The notes below the pieces were generated by a model. That model was not told where the DNA came from, did not search any database, and was given only the letters and a program-made list of their open reading frames with translations. 55,727 nucleotides of DNA from Octopus bimaculoides (taxonomy: Eukaryota), in the NCBI RefSeq assembly GCF_001194135.2, contig NC_068983.1, forward strand, positions 38,744,726 through 38,800,452, written 5' to 3'. Shown piece by piece: positions 11,763 to 24,255 of this stretch. How positions within the stretch are numbered: position 1 is the first letter of the stretch; each line of letters begins with the position of its first letter. Both the position numbers and the translations under genes were made by a program.

Positions 11763-12550
11763 TAGGCTTTTAAAAAATAAACACTGAAGTTAATACATTC
11801 AACTAAAAATTCTTCAAGGCGGTGCCCCAGAATGGCCATAGTCTGATGACTGGAACAAGTGAAAAAAAAAAAAAGAAATAAAAAAATATAATATACTAAC
11901 CAGAAGACAGCCCTCTGGGTGGTTTTCTGCTAGTCACTAAATGATATTTACACATTTGGTTCTAAATTGGTGTAATTTTTCTGCTATTTGTTTTTAGTTC
12001 TTCCTTTTTGTCCTTTATTCATCTAATAGTATTTATTCACTCAGTAAATATTTCTTTCATTATTTCATTGCGGTTGTAATTTCTCTTCTTTAAACAAACT
12101 CAGTGATTATTCACCCTCTGTATGGTCATTTAATGTGCTAGAAACAGCAGTTGTCATGTGGGTATATTTTGAAGTCTGCTGCATATGAAACAACCATACT
12201 AACAAATTCACTTCTGGTTCTTTTTATTTTTATTCAAATTATACCAGTATCTCAGGAGGATTTTATTTTATTAGAAATAACTCAAATTCCAGAAGTGCAG
12301 TTTTCTGCTAGTCACCAGATAATATTTATGCACTTGATTCCAATTTGTTTAATTTTTCTGATATGTTTTATTTGTTTTTTTTCCTTTGGATCTCTTATTC
12401 GTCTAATAGCGCTCACTTGTGCAATAAATAAATGTTGAATAATAGCAAGTACTCAAATGCAGTGTTAGAATTTTTGAAGAAATCAGGTATGTTGACTTAA
12501 CATAGCCATATAAAAGTCTTCAGTATATCATATATATACATACATACATG

Positions 12551-12661
<111 letters not shown>

Positions 12662-12678
12662 TGTTGTATTTAGGGACA

Positions 12679-13370
12679 GTCATGTTGCCAGTTTAGCCAA
12701 TGAAATCACACACACTATATATTTAGTGTTCATTTTGTATATATGCAAAATGGCAGATCGTTAGGAAGGAGAGACACAAAAAAGAGAGAAGAAAGTAAAG
12801 GACCACTGATGAGGTCACAGAAGTGTGACAAAAGAACTCTGGCTAAAATACAATTAGTTTATACATATAAATTTGACATGGGCAATTCTTTCTTGTCTTG
12901 AGATTCACAGTCAAATGGCTGGGTCGAATTGCACGAAGAATTACACAGATGTGTAGAATGATCTGGTGGTGATGCTGGGCTTTGTATTTTTTTCATAGCT
13001 CCCATGACCAAGATAATCTACTATAATAATACTCTTGTGTTTATGAATGGCAGAGGAAAAGGTGATAGATGAATAAGGAAGGCTGGGTGTTTCTGTGGTT
13101 TTGCATCTTTGTTCGCTTAGTATTNNNNNNNNNNGGGGAGTTGGTCAGTTATTTTTAGCGTTTTGACAGAAAAAAGTCATTCCAAAATTTTTTTTTTAGC
13201 GTAAGCGTGCCTAGACAAGTCAAATGCTTACACAGAGCAGGTTTTACAGCGACATCATCCAAACCAACCGGGTGAAATCAGGCTTAGCTGCTAGTATAAA
13301 ATAAAGCTGAAGTAAGTGAACACCAAATACATAGTGCATGAGTTTTCATTGGCTAAACTGGCAACATGAC
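12679..13370. mobile_element. Non-autonomous DNA element with ~57-bp TIRs, superfamily unassigned
   Basis: GTCATGTTGCCAGTTTAGCCAATGAAA...GTGTTCA at the left is the reverse complement of about 13314-13370; no TSD seen; 10-N gap inside. Confidence 0.7.
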
Positions 13371-13424
13371 CATACAACAATATCTGTTTCAACACTCAAA
13401 TTCACATCAAGAATCTTGCAAAAC

Positions 13425-13463
<39 letters not shown>

Positions 13464-13815
13464 CTCACGGAGCTGATGACAAGTGACTGAGAACATTGGC
13501 AAATTGGCAATATGCCATGCTTGAGAAGACTCGTGAAGCCTAGTGGTGGCTGATGCCAGTGTTACATAACTGGAACCTGTGCTGGTGGCACCTAAAAAGT
13601 ACCCATTACACCCTTGGATTAGTTGGCATCAGGAAGGGTATCCAGCTGTAGAAACCATACCAAATCTGACTGGTACTTGGTGCAGCTCTCCAGCTTACCA
13701 CTTTCAGTCAAACCATCTAACCCATGCCAGCATGGAAAGCAGATGCTAAATGATGATATATAAAACGTTGGCAGCTGGGTGCAATATAAGCCGTGTAGGC
13801 AAAATTGAATATGTA

Positions 13816-13846
<31 letters not shown>

Positions 13847-13923
13847 TTAGTATATTTATAATAGAAGGTTTTGTAACATTAAAGGATGATGATGGTGTTG
13901 AAGACATATATATATGATATAAA

Positions 13924-14438
13924 GAGCACCTTTCGAGTGTTGGGCCTCATAAGGCAAAGTGGCTGAGTTCCTTTCAAGCATTGAGCCTCACGGAGGCAAA
14001 GTGGCTGAGTTCGTTTCAAGTGATAGGTCTCACAAAGGCAAAGTGGCTGAGTTCCTTTCAAGCATTCGGCCTCACAGAGGCAAAGTGGCCGAGTTCCTTT
14101 GAAGCATTCGGCCTCACAGAGGCAAAGTGGCTGAGTGCCTTTCTAGTGTTGGGCCTCGCAGAGGCAATGATTGAGATCTTTGGCATTATTTTGTGCTTGA
14201 GAAGAAGACCCATCAATCCGAGCAAAATTCTAGTGATACCCAAATAGCACCCATGCTGGTAGCACATAAAAGCATCCATTACAGTCTCGGAGTGGTTGGC
14301 GTTAAGAAGGGCATCCAGCTATAGAAAACCATTTCAAATTATACTGGAGTCTAGTGCAGCCTTCCAGCTTACCAGCCCTGGTCAAACCATCCAGCCCATG
14401 CTAGCATGGACAAAGGACGTTAAATGATAATGATGATG
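13924..14438 (+). mobile_element. Family C repeat with six 42-bp tandem units
   Basis: Units GAGTTCCTTTCAAGCATTCGGCCTCACAGAGGCAAAGTGGCT start at 13924, 13965, 14007, 14049, 14091 and 14133, then AAGAAGGGCATCCAGC and GGACGTTAAA(TGA)n. Confidence 0.85.
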
Positions 14439-14762
14439 ATGATGATGGGCTTCTTTCAGTCTCTGTCTACCAAAATATGCTCACAAGGCTTTGGTCAACC
14501 CAGGGCTATAGTAAAAAATACTACTTACTCAAGGTGCCATGTGGTGGGAGTGGACATGGGACCATGTGGTCGGAAAGCAAACTACTTAGCCTCACAATTA
14601 TTATGCCTGTACATGTATGTAAAGAAGAAACGAGTGGCTTTGTGTCGAGACATGTATGAATATTTTGTGAAATTCAGCATGTCATCTTTGATCTGTCTTC
14701 TTTTTCATTGAACCAAAACATTTATGGTTAATTTCATTCAGAGAGAGAGAGAGAAAAAGGGG

Positions 14763-14828
<66 letters not shown>

Positions 14829-15213
14829 TTGAGAGAAAGAGAGAAATTGAGAGAGAAGATGGAGGTCATTGCTCATGTAAAGGAATGGACGAATGTATTA
14901 AAAGTATTAAAACAGGAATATAAAATATTTCCTGTGACAAGTGAAAAATTATCCTTTGGGAGACGAGTAATGAGGATATTCAATGTGAAACTAATCTAGC
15001 ATCTTAATCTACTGCATCCCCCCTCCCCTCCTAATCAATCTTCTCGGTGAAACTATAAAGCCTTTTTACATTTCTAACATTTGAATCTTGCAGTTCTCTT
15101 TTCGTTCTCTTCCTAGATATTTCTCCCCTTTGACCAGCTTGCTGCACACACACATACACACACACACACACATACACACACACACACACACACGCGCACA
15201 CACGTGTGTGAAT

Positions 15214-15244
<31 letters not shown>

Positions 15245-15247
<3 letters not shown>

Positions 15248-15636
15248 ATCCCTCTTTTCCATTCTCAGTTATCCTTTCTATATTACTTCCTTCTCTCTTC
15301 CTTCCCTTATCCTTTAGTTATTTCTTCTTCTTCTTCTTCTATTTCTTCAATTTCTTTTTTTCTTACTATTATTATTGTTGTTGTTGTCATCATCATTCCC
15401 CTCCTCCTCCTCCTTCCTCCTCAGCTTCCTCCTCTCCCCTTTCACCTCAGCTTCCCCTTCCTCTTCCTCCTCCTCTTCTTCTTCCTCCTCTTCTCCTTCC
15501 TCTTCCTCCTCTTCTTCTTCCTCTTCCCCTTCTTCCCCTTCCACCTCCCCTTCCCCCTTTCCTCTTCTTCCTCTTCCTCTTCCTCTTCCCCTTCTTCCCC
15601 TTCCACATCCCCTTCCCCCTTTCCTCTTCTTCCTCT

Positions 15637-15668
<32 letters not shown>

Positions 15669-15860
15669 TTCCTCTTCCCCTTCTTCCCCTTCCCCTTCAC
15701 CCTCTCCCCTTCCTCCTCCTCTTCTTCTTCCGCTTCCCTTCTTCCTCTTCCACCTCCCCTTTCCCTTTTCCTCTTCCTCCTCTCACTCTTCAAGATTCTC
15801 TTTCTATTGGTCTCCTTCTCATTCTGTCTGTCTGTCTGTCTCTCTCTCACTCCCCCTTCT
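15245..15860. repeat. Long polypyrimidine/polypurine tract of (CTT)/(CCT)/(CCCTT) motifs
   Basis: About 15390-15790 is almost purely C/T on the plus strand, with repeated sub-blocks. Confidence 0.9.
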
Positions 15861-16118
15861 CGGTGCCATCCTGTTACCAATCAATTGCTCCCTATGCTGA
15901 CTAATCAGGTTCTCTTGTGCTGGTTACCTTGGCACAAGGGGGTGGGATAGCTCATTTACAACCATAATACACGCACATATATAAACACATACAAAAACCC
16001 AGAAATACAAATGCATGCACACTGACATATGTACAGACATTATATACATACATACATACATACATACACATATATACACATACACATATATATATATATC
16101 TATATATATCTATATATC

Positions 16119-16198
<80 letters not shown>

Positions 16199-16992
16199 CA
16201 CACACATATATATATGTACGTTTATATATGTGTATGTATATGCACACACACATGCATGCATACAGATGATAATTTGTAAATACATACTTGAAGATACAAA
16301 CACATGCATGTACATTTAGATACTATTAATATAGTATTTATTTATGATTTATGATTCAGTCCTTATAAAAACCCTGAGTGATTCCTGAAGTCCTATATGA
16401 TTAGATCTCGTATTCTCTAGTTTGGAGAGGAAGCTTAGCATTTATCTACTGCTCTGGCATTTTGGAAAGGAAGTTTACCATTTATCTATGGCATATATCT
16501 TGGAGTGATGGATGTGTGTGTCACATATATGAGTGACTGTATGTACATCTTTATCTGTTTGTGTATGTGTGTGTGTGTGCACGTTTATGTATATGTGTGT
16601 GTGTGCGCATGTTTATGTATACATGTATGTATGTATTTATATATGTATGTATGTGGTTGTGTATGTGTGTGTCTGTCTGTTTCTGAATAAGTGTGTATGT
16701 GAGGGTGTACAATTATATTTATGAATCGATAATTCTGTCTATACGCATGTGTGTGTATGTATGTGCACATGTTTTGGCATTCATGTGTATGTGTGTAATT
16801 AAGGCTTAGAATGTGAGTATGCATTTATTTCATCGATTTCCTTATTTTAGTGATTATTTACTACAAAATTACATATAAGTATATGTATTTATTCATGGGC
16901 GTTTTTTCAGTGAGTAATCTAAATGCAGGTATATTTTAAAAAAAAATATATCTAGCACTATCTCTTTATGTATGAATGTATGTCTTCCAGTG

Positions 16993-17040
<48 letters not shown>

Positions 17041-17072
17041 CACACATATATATACAATATATTTACATACAT

Positions 17073-17105
<33 letters not shown>

Positions 17106-17601
17106 GATATAGATATATACTTACACACATATACATACAATATATTTACATGCATGCATACGTACATAGATACATACATATATATATATATGTGTATAAA
17201 TACACACACACATACATGCATACAATCTATATGCATACATATATGTATATGTATACGTACATACATGCATACATATATACGCACTCACAAACCGATGAAA
17301 GATAAACAAATGGCATGATACTCTATCGAAACGCTATCGAAAATAAAGAGCAAAACTGCATGAAAAGGAAATTAAATCTATCTTTTTTAGCTTATCCTTA
17401 TCTTTGTCTTGGATAGTTGCTGGCATGGATGTTTGGTAAAAGGTTTGCTTCCCAACCACATGGTTTTGGGTTCAATCTCAGTGTGTTACATTGGGCAAAT
17501 GTCTTCTACTATAGCCTCAAGCCAACCAAAGCCTTGTGAGTGGATTTAGTAGGAAAAAATCTAACAAAATCCTATCATGTGCACACATGTATATGTATGT
17601 G

Positions 17602-17641
<40 letters not shown>

Positions 17642-17691
17642 TTCTTTTATGTGTTTCGCCAGGTGGCTGTGGTCATGCTAGAGCAGCACCA

Positions 17692-17740
<49 letters not shown>

Positions 17741-17769
17741 GTGTGTTATTGTCTCTGCTTTTTGCCTTG

Positions 17770-17960
17770 ATATTTTGAGGTAGTTGTGAGTATCACCATC
17801 ATGCAAGCAGTGTCCTTTGTTTCCAACCTTCTGAGAAAACATGTCTGTTCTTGGGGAAATATTACCATACTTAGAAACAGATGAGGTTAAGTGACAGGAA
17901 GAGCATCCAGTCATAGAAAATTGGCCTCAACAAATTCCGTCTGACCCATGTGAGCATAGA
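17770..17960 (+). mobile_element. Second RTE-tail-like repeat family; copy at about 49520-49745, inverted remnants near 25750-25890 and 43560-43760
   Basis: Shared GGAAATATTAC...GAAACAG.TGAGG.T..G...CAG(G)AAGAGCA.C..GTCATAGAAAAT...CCTCAACAAATT. Confidence 0.6.
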
Positions 17961-19314
17961 ATGCCATTGTCGCTTGCTGATTATATATATATATATTTAT
18001 TTATAAATGGGCATTAAATGGGGAATGATATATATATATAATCCAAAATCATGGAATGGAGTAGATAAAATCCAGGCTACATATGTTTCATAGCTAGCAG
18101 AACCTTGGAAGTAGTGATTACCCAAACAAGGAGTAGTCTACTAGCTACTTGTTGGACCAAAGATACCTTAGTAAAATGAAGGTTACTTTGTTGTCAAGGG
18201 ATCCTGTGTTGATTCACAGGAGATTTGATTGAAAATCTATATATATATATAGCATAACTTGGTTCATAGTAAGGTACGCAAAACCATACAATATAATTTC
18301 CAGGAGATGCCGTCTTTGCTCCTAGAAATCCCTGTCTCTACTGTGGACTAATAATATCATTAATAGAATTTCTGAGTGACTCTCGAGATGCCAACACTCA
18401 TATAAATGTACTTTTGCACAATGCAGTGGGAATAAATTTTGAGTAACTGTTAACATATTTAATTTACTTTAAGGTATGGATGACAAGTTTACCTTTAACC
18501 TCCCTTATAAATACCAAGTAGATAGTTAACTCACTTAGTGATCATGAGTGCACCAAACCTCACGTGTGCATGTACTCACATTTTTGCGGATGCTTGGAAA
18601 ACGAGTGTACTTGCACCATGCAGCTTGCCCAAAGGTGTTTATACATCCATATCTGTTAACGGTTATTTTCAATACTTTTCTCGCTGGATTGCGTGTTTGT
18701 TTCTCATTTTGCCCTCTGCGATTTTATTTTTGATCTGCTATATAAATGAAGATATTTCCTCTGTCTGGCTGCTTTTCTTTCCACAAAACAAGAACTTACA
18801 TTGCGGAACTGTTATTTTAATGAGTTGTATTTATTTATCATGCAATGAAATACATCTGCACCGCCGGATGCTCCTGAACCAGTTGTTGAGTGTCCCACCC
18901 ATGAGGGATCGATGCGAGATGTGTCAAAACAATTGTCATGATCAATAATAAATTCTCATATATTCCATCTTCTGTCTTTCATTTGCCATATATAAACTAT
19001 GTGTGTGTGTGTTATCAACCATGTATACTTAATGCATATAGCTGCTGTATTTGCCAGTAGACTGTGATCTGGAGCAGTGGAGATCACTCTCTCAAACTGC
19101 TGGGTGAGAGTGTAATCTTCACCATGCCAAATCACAAACCATGTACATTAACTATATATGGTTGATAATGTTTGTGTTACACTATGTAAGAGAGTGCTAA
19201 TTTTGTTAAAATACCATAATAAAAAACATGAAAACCAGATTATGTTTTAACTTTACACAACTTATACGCGTTCACACAGATTCAAAACAAAATATATATA
19301 TATAAATATATTCT

Positions 19315-19482
19315 TTAGGAAGTTGAAAGTTATGGCTGGTCATAGAGTGACCATTGGTTTCAAACCAATAAAGTACTTAGCAGTATAGTCAACTCATCAG
19401 ACTGATGCCTATATTGTTAAGTGCTTTATAGGTGCAAAATCAATGGTCACTTTACGAATGGCCATAACTTTTAACTTCCTAA
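19315..19482. mobile_element. 168-bp foldback element/MITE with ~45-bp inverted ends (possibly Kolobok-like)
   Basis: TTAGGAAGTTGAAAGTTATGGC..TCATAGAGTGACCATTG / CAATGGTCACTTTACGAATGGCCATAACTTTTAACTTCCTAA; the superfamily is only inferred from the TTTA-GG...CC-TAAA ends. Confidence 0.7.
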
Positions 19483-19563
19483 AAACTATATTACTGCTCT
19501 AATGCTTTAGAGTGCGCTTGTTTTTTGCATATGAGAACTACTGATAATATATATAAAGATATA

Positions 19564-19864
19564 CAGGATGCGGTGAATAAACTGTCATCTAAGCTATGCA
19601 AAAATGAAAATAACACTGACATCTCATTTTAACAGATATATTTACCAAAATTACATAAAAATATCTTGAAATACTAAAAAGTAAATTTATTCAATAAAAT
19701 TCGCCATTGACTTCAACCATAGCCTCCAGACGACTTTGGAATCTCCTGAAACTCTTCTGGATGGTCTCCTTGTTTAAGTTGGTGAATGCTGCCATAATCC
19801 TTGCCTTCAGTTCGTCTTTGGTGTTACAAGTTTTGTTGGTCTCTCGCTCAACTGTGCCCCACAG
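19564..19864 (-). mobile_element. Tc1/mariner (maT/DD37D-like) transposon 3' remnant with transposase C-terminus
   Basis: Minus strand of about 19864-19700 encodes WGTVERETNKTCNTKDELKARIMAAFTNLNKETIQKSFRRFQSRLEAMVEVNGEF, a typical Tc1/mariner C-terminus; the end TA-CAGGATGCGGTGAATAAA at 19562 looks like the TIR. Confidence 0.85.
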
Positions 19865-20919
19865 TTCTTCACCACACAGATATACCTTTTCCCATAAAAA
19901 AGATGTTGCATAAAAAAATACCTTGAGGTATTTTGGTCAATCCAAGTTATCTCTCTTTGTGTCTAAGCTACTGTAGTGTAGCTTAGGGTCAAAATCTGTT
20001 TAGCCCAGTAACGAGAAATAGTCCATGGTATATCAGGCAACTTGTCCTGAATTTCTAGCCACTCATATTACAGCTGTAATCATTCAATTGTGTGTTCTCT
20101 AGTGGAATTTTCCATGTCTTTTCCCCCAAAACTTGGCTGTTATTTGAGTTGTGTGTCACAATCAAACCACAAGTTTAAGATGGTTCTTGAGAAGACAGAA
20201 AAACTCAGGACTCCTGGTCACTGTTCAACTAGTGTTTAGAAGAATCACATTGTCTACAACGCTTTTGTTCAACCATGTACCATGAACACTATATCCTCAC
20301 CTCTTGCAACAACATGAATAAGTAGTAACTGTTAAATTTTTAACTGAAACATGACATATCTTCATGTCTCTCTGCTAGTAAACAGTGACTCAACTCCCAG
20401 CAAGTAACTGTTGTAAGTATTATTAAATTATGTATAAATAAATGTTCACATCAAAATCTAAAATGGACTTGGTTGTATTTGGGGAACAGCAAGCAACCAA
20501 AGTCAACTCTATCTATTCAACATCCAGCTAACCAAAATTTTCAACACTATGTTGTTCTTTACAAGACCAATAAAATAAGTACAGTAATCTTTTTTTTTTG
20601 TTTTATTTTGTTTTTTCTTTTCTACTCTAGGCACAAGGCCTGAAATTTTTGAAGAGGGGGCCAGTCGATTAGATCAAGCCCAGTACACAACTGGTACTTA
20701 ATTTATCAGTCCCAAAAAGATGAAAGACAGAGTCAACCTGAATGGCAAAGTCAACCTGAAAGGCAAAGTCTACATGGTTCTGCTTATGTTTTAAAAATAT
20801 TTGGCTTTTTCTTTTTCATATGTAAGAGTTTGTAATATTCAGAATGGTACAGCAGCATAATGACCCAAAATTTTAATGTGTTTTGATAATTAAGACATGA
20901 AAATTATAATTTGAGTGTG

Positions 20920-20974
<55 letters not shown>

Positions 20975-21131
20975 ATATATACTGTTATTTCTCTGTTATC
21001 TTGGTGCTGTACAATGGTTTAATTAAGACTTTAGGTCTTATTTCTAGCAGGTGCATGCATTTATGCATCCTTATGCTTTGTGCAAATTTGTAATTTATAG
21101 CTAAATAATGCTATTTGCCTGCAGACCCCCT

Positions 21132-21198
21132 ATGTTACTACTGTTGATACCATCAATTTTTAATTTTATCCACAGATAATATTAACAGTAGTGACATC
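21132..21198 (+). ncRNA. Pre-miRNA-like hairpin (candidate)
   Basis: 21132-21149 pairs fully with 21180-21197 (18 bp, two G-U), then a 2x2 loop, 3 bp and a 20-nt loop. Confidence 0.3.
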
Positions 21199-21229
21199 TG
21201 ATTTCAAATCTCAGTGTTTGAATGTTTTG

Positions 21230-21295
<66 letters not shown>

Positions 21296-21297
<2 letters not shown>

Positions 21298-21390
21298 ATT
21301 TCAGATATTCTCATTTAAAAATCATCTCTGGCTAATCGTTGAGAGAACTTTAGTGTTGCCTTAGTGGAGATTTGCGCTGAGTGCTCCTAT
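21296..21390 (+). mobile_element. 3' fragment of the Helentron-like non-autonomous element
   Basis: Matches 37490-37588 (TTTCAGATATTCTCATTT...CCTT.G.GGAG.TT...CTGAGTGCTC). Confidence 0.75.
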
Positions 21391-21596
21391 TTTATTATTA
21401 TTTCTGGGTTATTTTAACAATTTCATGTTTGCAAATTTTGAAAATACAGCATATAAGATATATATTCATGTATGTCTTTTCCCCATGACACTGGATCTTA
21501 AAGCTGCATAGAAAATGAAGATGATATTGATGTATTCAAGATATTCAAGATGAAGATGTGACAATCTCGTTAAGAATGACAATTTGTTAAACAGGA

Positions 21597-21756
21597 TTAA
21601 GTTACTACAACTGGATGCCAATGGAAATAAGGAAATATTTGTGGAAGATATGTTACATTTATATGTATCTCATCTACATCACTAATGAATCTTGGAATAG
21701 CATGAACATCGCAGTATCCATTTATTATTCCTTCCGACAAAATCAGTGGTGTTAAT
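21597..21756 (-). CDS. Candidate terminal exon, 52 aa, unrecognised
   Basis: Strong minus-strand acceptor gtttgtttttttttctttcctttcaacatcaatag, then R-LTPLILSEGIINGYCDVHAIPRFISDVDEIHINVTYLPQIFPYFHWHPVVVT*; not low complexity. Confidence 0.2.
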
Positions 21757-21960
21757 CTATTGATGTTGAAAGGAAAGAAAAAAAAACAAACACAGATTAT
21801 GTGCATGTTTGAGTGCGTCATTGGGAAAATGATAATGTTTGTGTGTAAACACGGATGAATGCTTAAATTATATATGCCTAATCTGTAAGTGTGCATGGAT
21901 GTATCTGAAAGTGGATGTGTGTGTGTTTGTGTGTGCAATATATGTATGCATGTATATATA

Positions 21961-22012
<52 letters not shown>

Positions 22013-22194
22013 TCTATGTGTGTGAGTGTGTGTGTGTATGTATGTATGCATATATATATGTATGTATATATATGTGTGTGTATGTGTGTGTGTATATATG
22101 TAGGTATATAGATAATATATACATAATATATAAACACATAAATATATACACACATCTACATGCATACTAATATATAAATATATGTGTGTGTATG

Positions 22195-22235
<41 letters not shown>

Positions 22236-22553
22236 TCACTTAATTTCAGTCAATGCAATAAGGAATGAGTCACATCAAAACAAAGATATATGTATGTGTG
22301 TGTGTGTATGTAATCAAACTAATCATATTGATTCTCTTGCATAGGTACAAGGTATCAAAAGTTCTGATGTTCATGCCATTTTCAAAAGGTATTAGCAATG
22401 TGAATGAAGTTAGATTACTTTTATGCAATTCTACTCCTCCTATTTCCTCTATTCACTGTTGCCAATCATAGACCCCTACTAAGTACTTCCTTTTCATAAC
22501 CGTATCTCTTTCAAACTCCTTTTTTTTTTTTTAATTATTTCTCTGTGTGTGTA

Positions 22554-22584
<31 letters not shown>

Positions 22585-23248
22585 CATTTGTTCTCCCCAC
22601 ACTCCAACCTTTAACTTTCAGTAGTTTCAAATTGAATATAAACTGTATTGATCTCATCCAGCTGTCCTTATCCTTCACCCTAAAAGGGTCTGGAAAAGCA
22701 ATAGACTGATGATCAGTCTCTTATTGATTTTAATACAAACAACCAAAAAATTAATAATAATAATAATAATAATAATAAAAATCCCTTTAAAATCGAAGCT
22801 AGTTCATGGAGTCACCTCACAGAGATTTATATCTACTTCATAGCTTTTTCTATTCAATTCTACTGTTTTTTAGGTATTTTTAAAATTTATTATTATTTAT
22901 TTATTTGTAAAATTTTCTTGTTTATTTATCGGGGAATATCAGACTTTTTGTAAGTTTGACCTTCATTAGTGGCAACTGATTTCCCATTGGATTCATGATT
23001 CAACCCCCTAAATTCATGATTCATACCAGTCTCATGAACATCTTGGTTGTTTTATTGTCCCTCAATGAATTTTCTACAACTTGGATATATAATAGCTCAG
23101 CTTCAGCTTTTATGCTTGCTCAAGCAGGCGTTTCTTGTTTTTGTTGTTGCTTTTGGTAGTTTTTCAGTTTTTCACTCTTGATATACTTGTATTTTGTGTT
23201 TGTGTGTATTAATGTGTGTGTGTGAGGGTCATTGAAAGAGAAAGCGAG

Positions 23249-23320
<72 letters not shown>

Positions 23321-23940
23321 TATGTAGATAATTTAGAGTGAATGTGTTATGAATGAGTTTGTACAGTGCCTCATCATAATTGCTGTCATTGTCATCGTCA
23401 TCATCACATCATCATCATCATCACCTGCTTTTTTGTGCCTGCATGAGTTGGATGTGTGTGTGTGTGTGTGTGTACACATACTTACATGCATACATATATG
23501 CACATATATACATTCATGCACATACACACACACATGTTATCATCATTATCATCTCCATTGTTATCATTATCTTTTAATGTCCATCTTCCATGCTGACACA
23601 TACATGCTGGATGGTTTGATGGATTACAGGACTATCTAACACACCGATCTCTGCTTTGACATGGTGTTCTACAGCTGGATGCCCTTCCTACTGCCAAGTA
23701 CTCTACACACTGTACAGGGTGCTTCCTTCCACAGCACCACCACTAGCAAGGTCAGCGTGTTGCTTGCAAGGTTAATCTTCCATCAAACAGTAGCGAGGGT
23801 GATGAAAGGTTGAAAGAGGCTGGAACAGGCTTCTCACGGCAGAGACAATTCATGGCTGCTCACATCATATATTTGTGTTGACTTGGACTTGTAGTTCCAC
23901 CCAAAGGTTTATTCAACCAGTAAAGAATGATTTGCTTTTT

Positions 23941-23973
<33 letters not shown>

Positions 23974-23987
23974 GAAAACATCATGCA

Positions 23988-24255
23988 AAGGTGTGTGGCT
24001 TAGTAGCAAGGGTAGCCAACTCACGATCATAAGGTTGTATTGTGTCCTTGAGCAAGACACTTTATTTCACAGTGCTTCAGTCAACTCAGATGACAAAAAT
24101 GAGTCGTACCTGTAAATTCTTTGTCACATTCTCTGTCATGCTGAATCTCCTTGAGAAATACATTAAGGGTACAAATGTCTGTGGGGTGCTCAGCCACTTG
24201 CACATTTATTTCATGAGCAGGCTACATGTTAATCAGATCAATGGGCCAGTCTTTA
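23988..24255 (+). mobile_element. tRNA-headed CORE-type SINE (family D); copies at 42763-42985 (+) and head-plus-tail deletion derivative at 36028-36133 (+)
   Basis: GGTGTGTGGCTTAGTAG...TTGTGTCCTTGAGCAAGACACTTTATTTCAC...TTGTCACATTCT.TGT.A.GCT.AA.CT.C.TGAGAA. Confidence 0.75.

Noticed and set aside
15088-15950. Pro/Leu/Ser-rich and Glu/Lys/Arg-rich ORFs
   Set aside because: Products of the polypyrimidine tract, which cannot contain stop codons
18538-18948. 136-aa non-repetitive ORF
   Set aside because: No recognisable domain or convincing splice sites; more likely a decayed transposon interior
22850-22880. Other AG|GT juxtapositions (22874 area, 2860, 16925, 22340)
   Set aside because: Weak donors or short pyrimidine tracts compared with 43659
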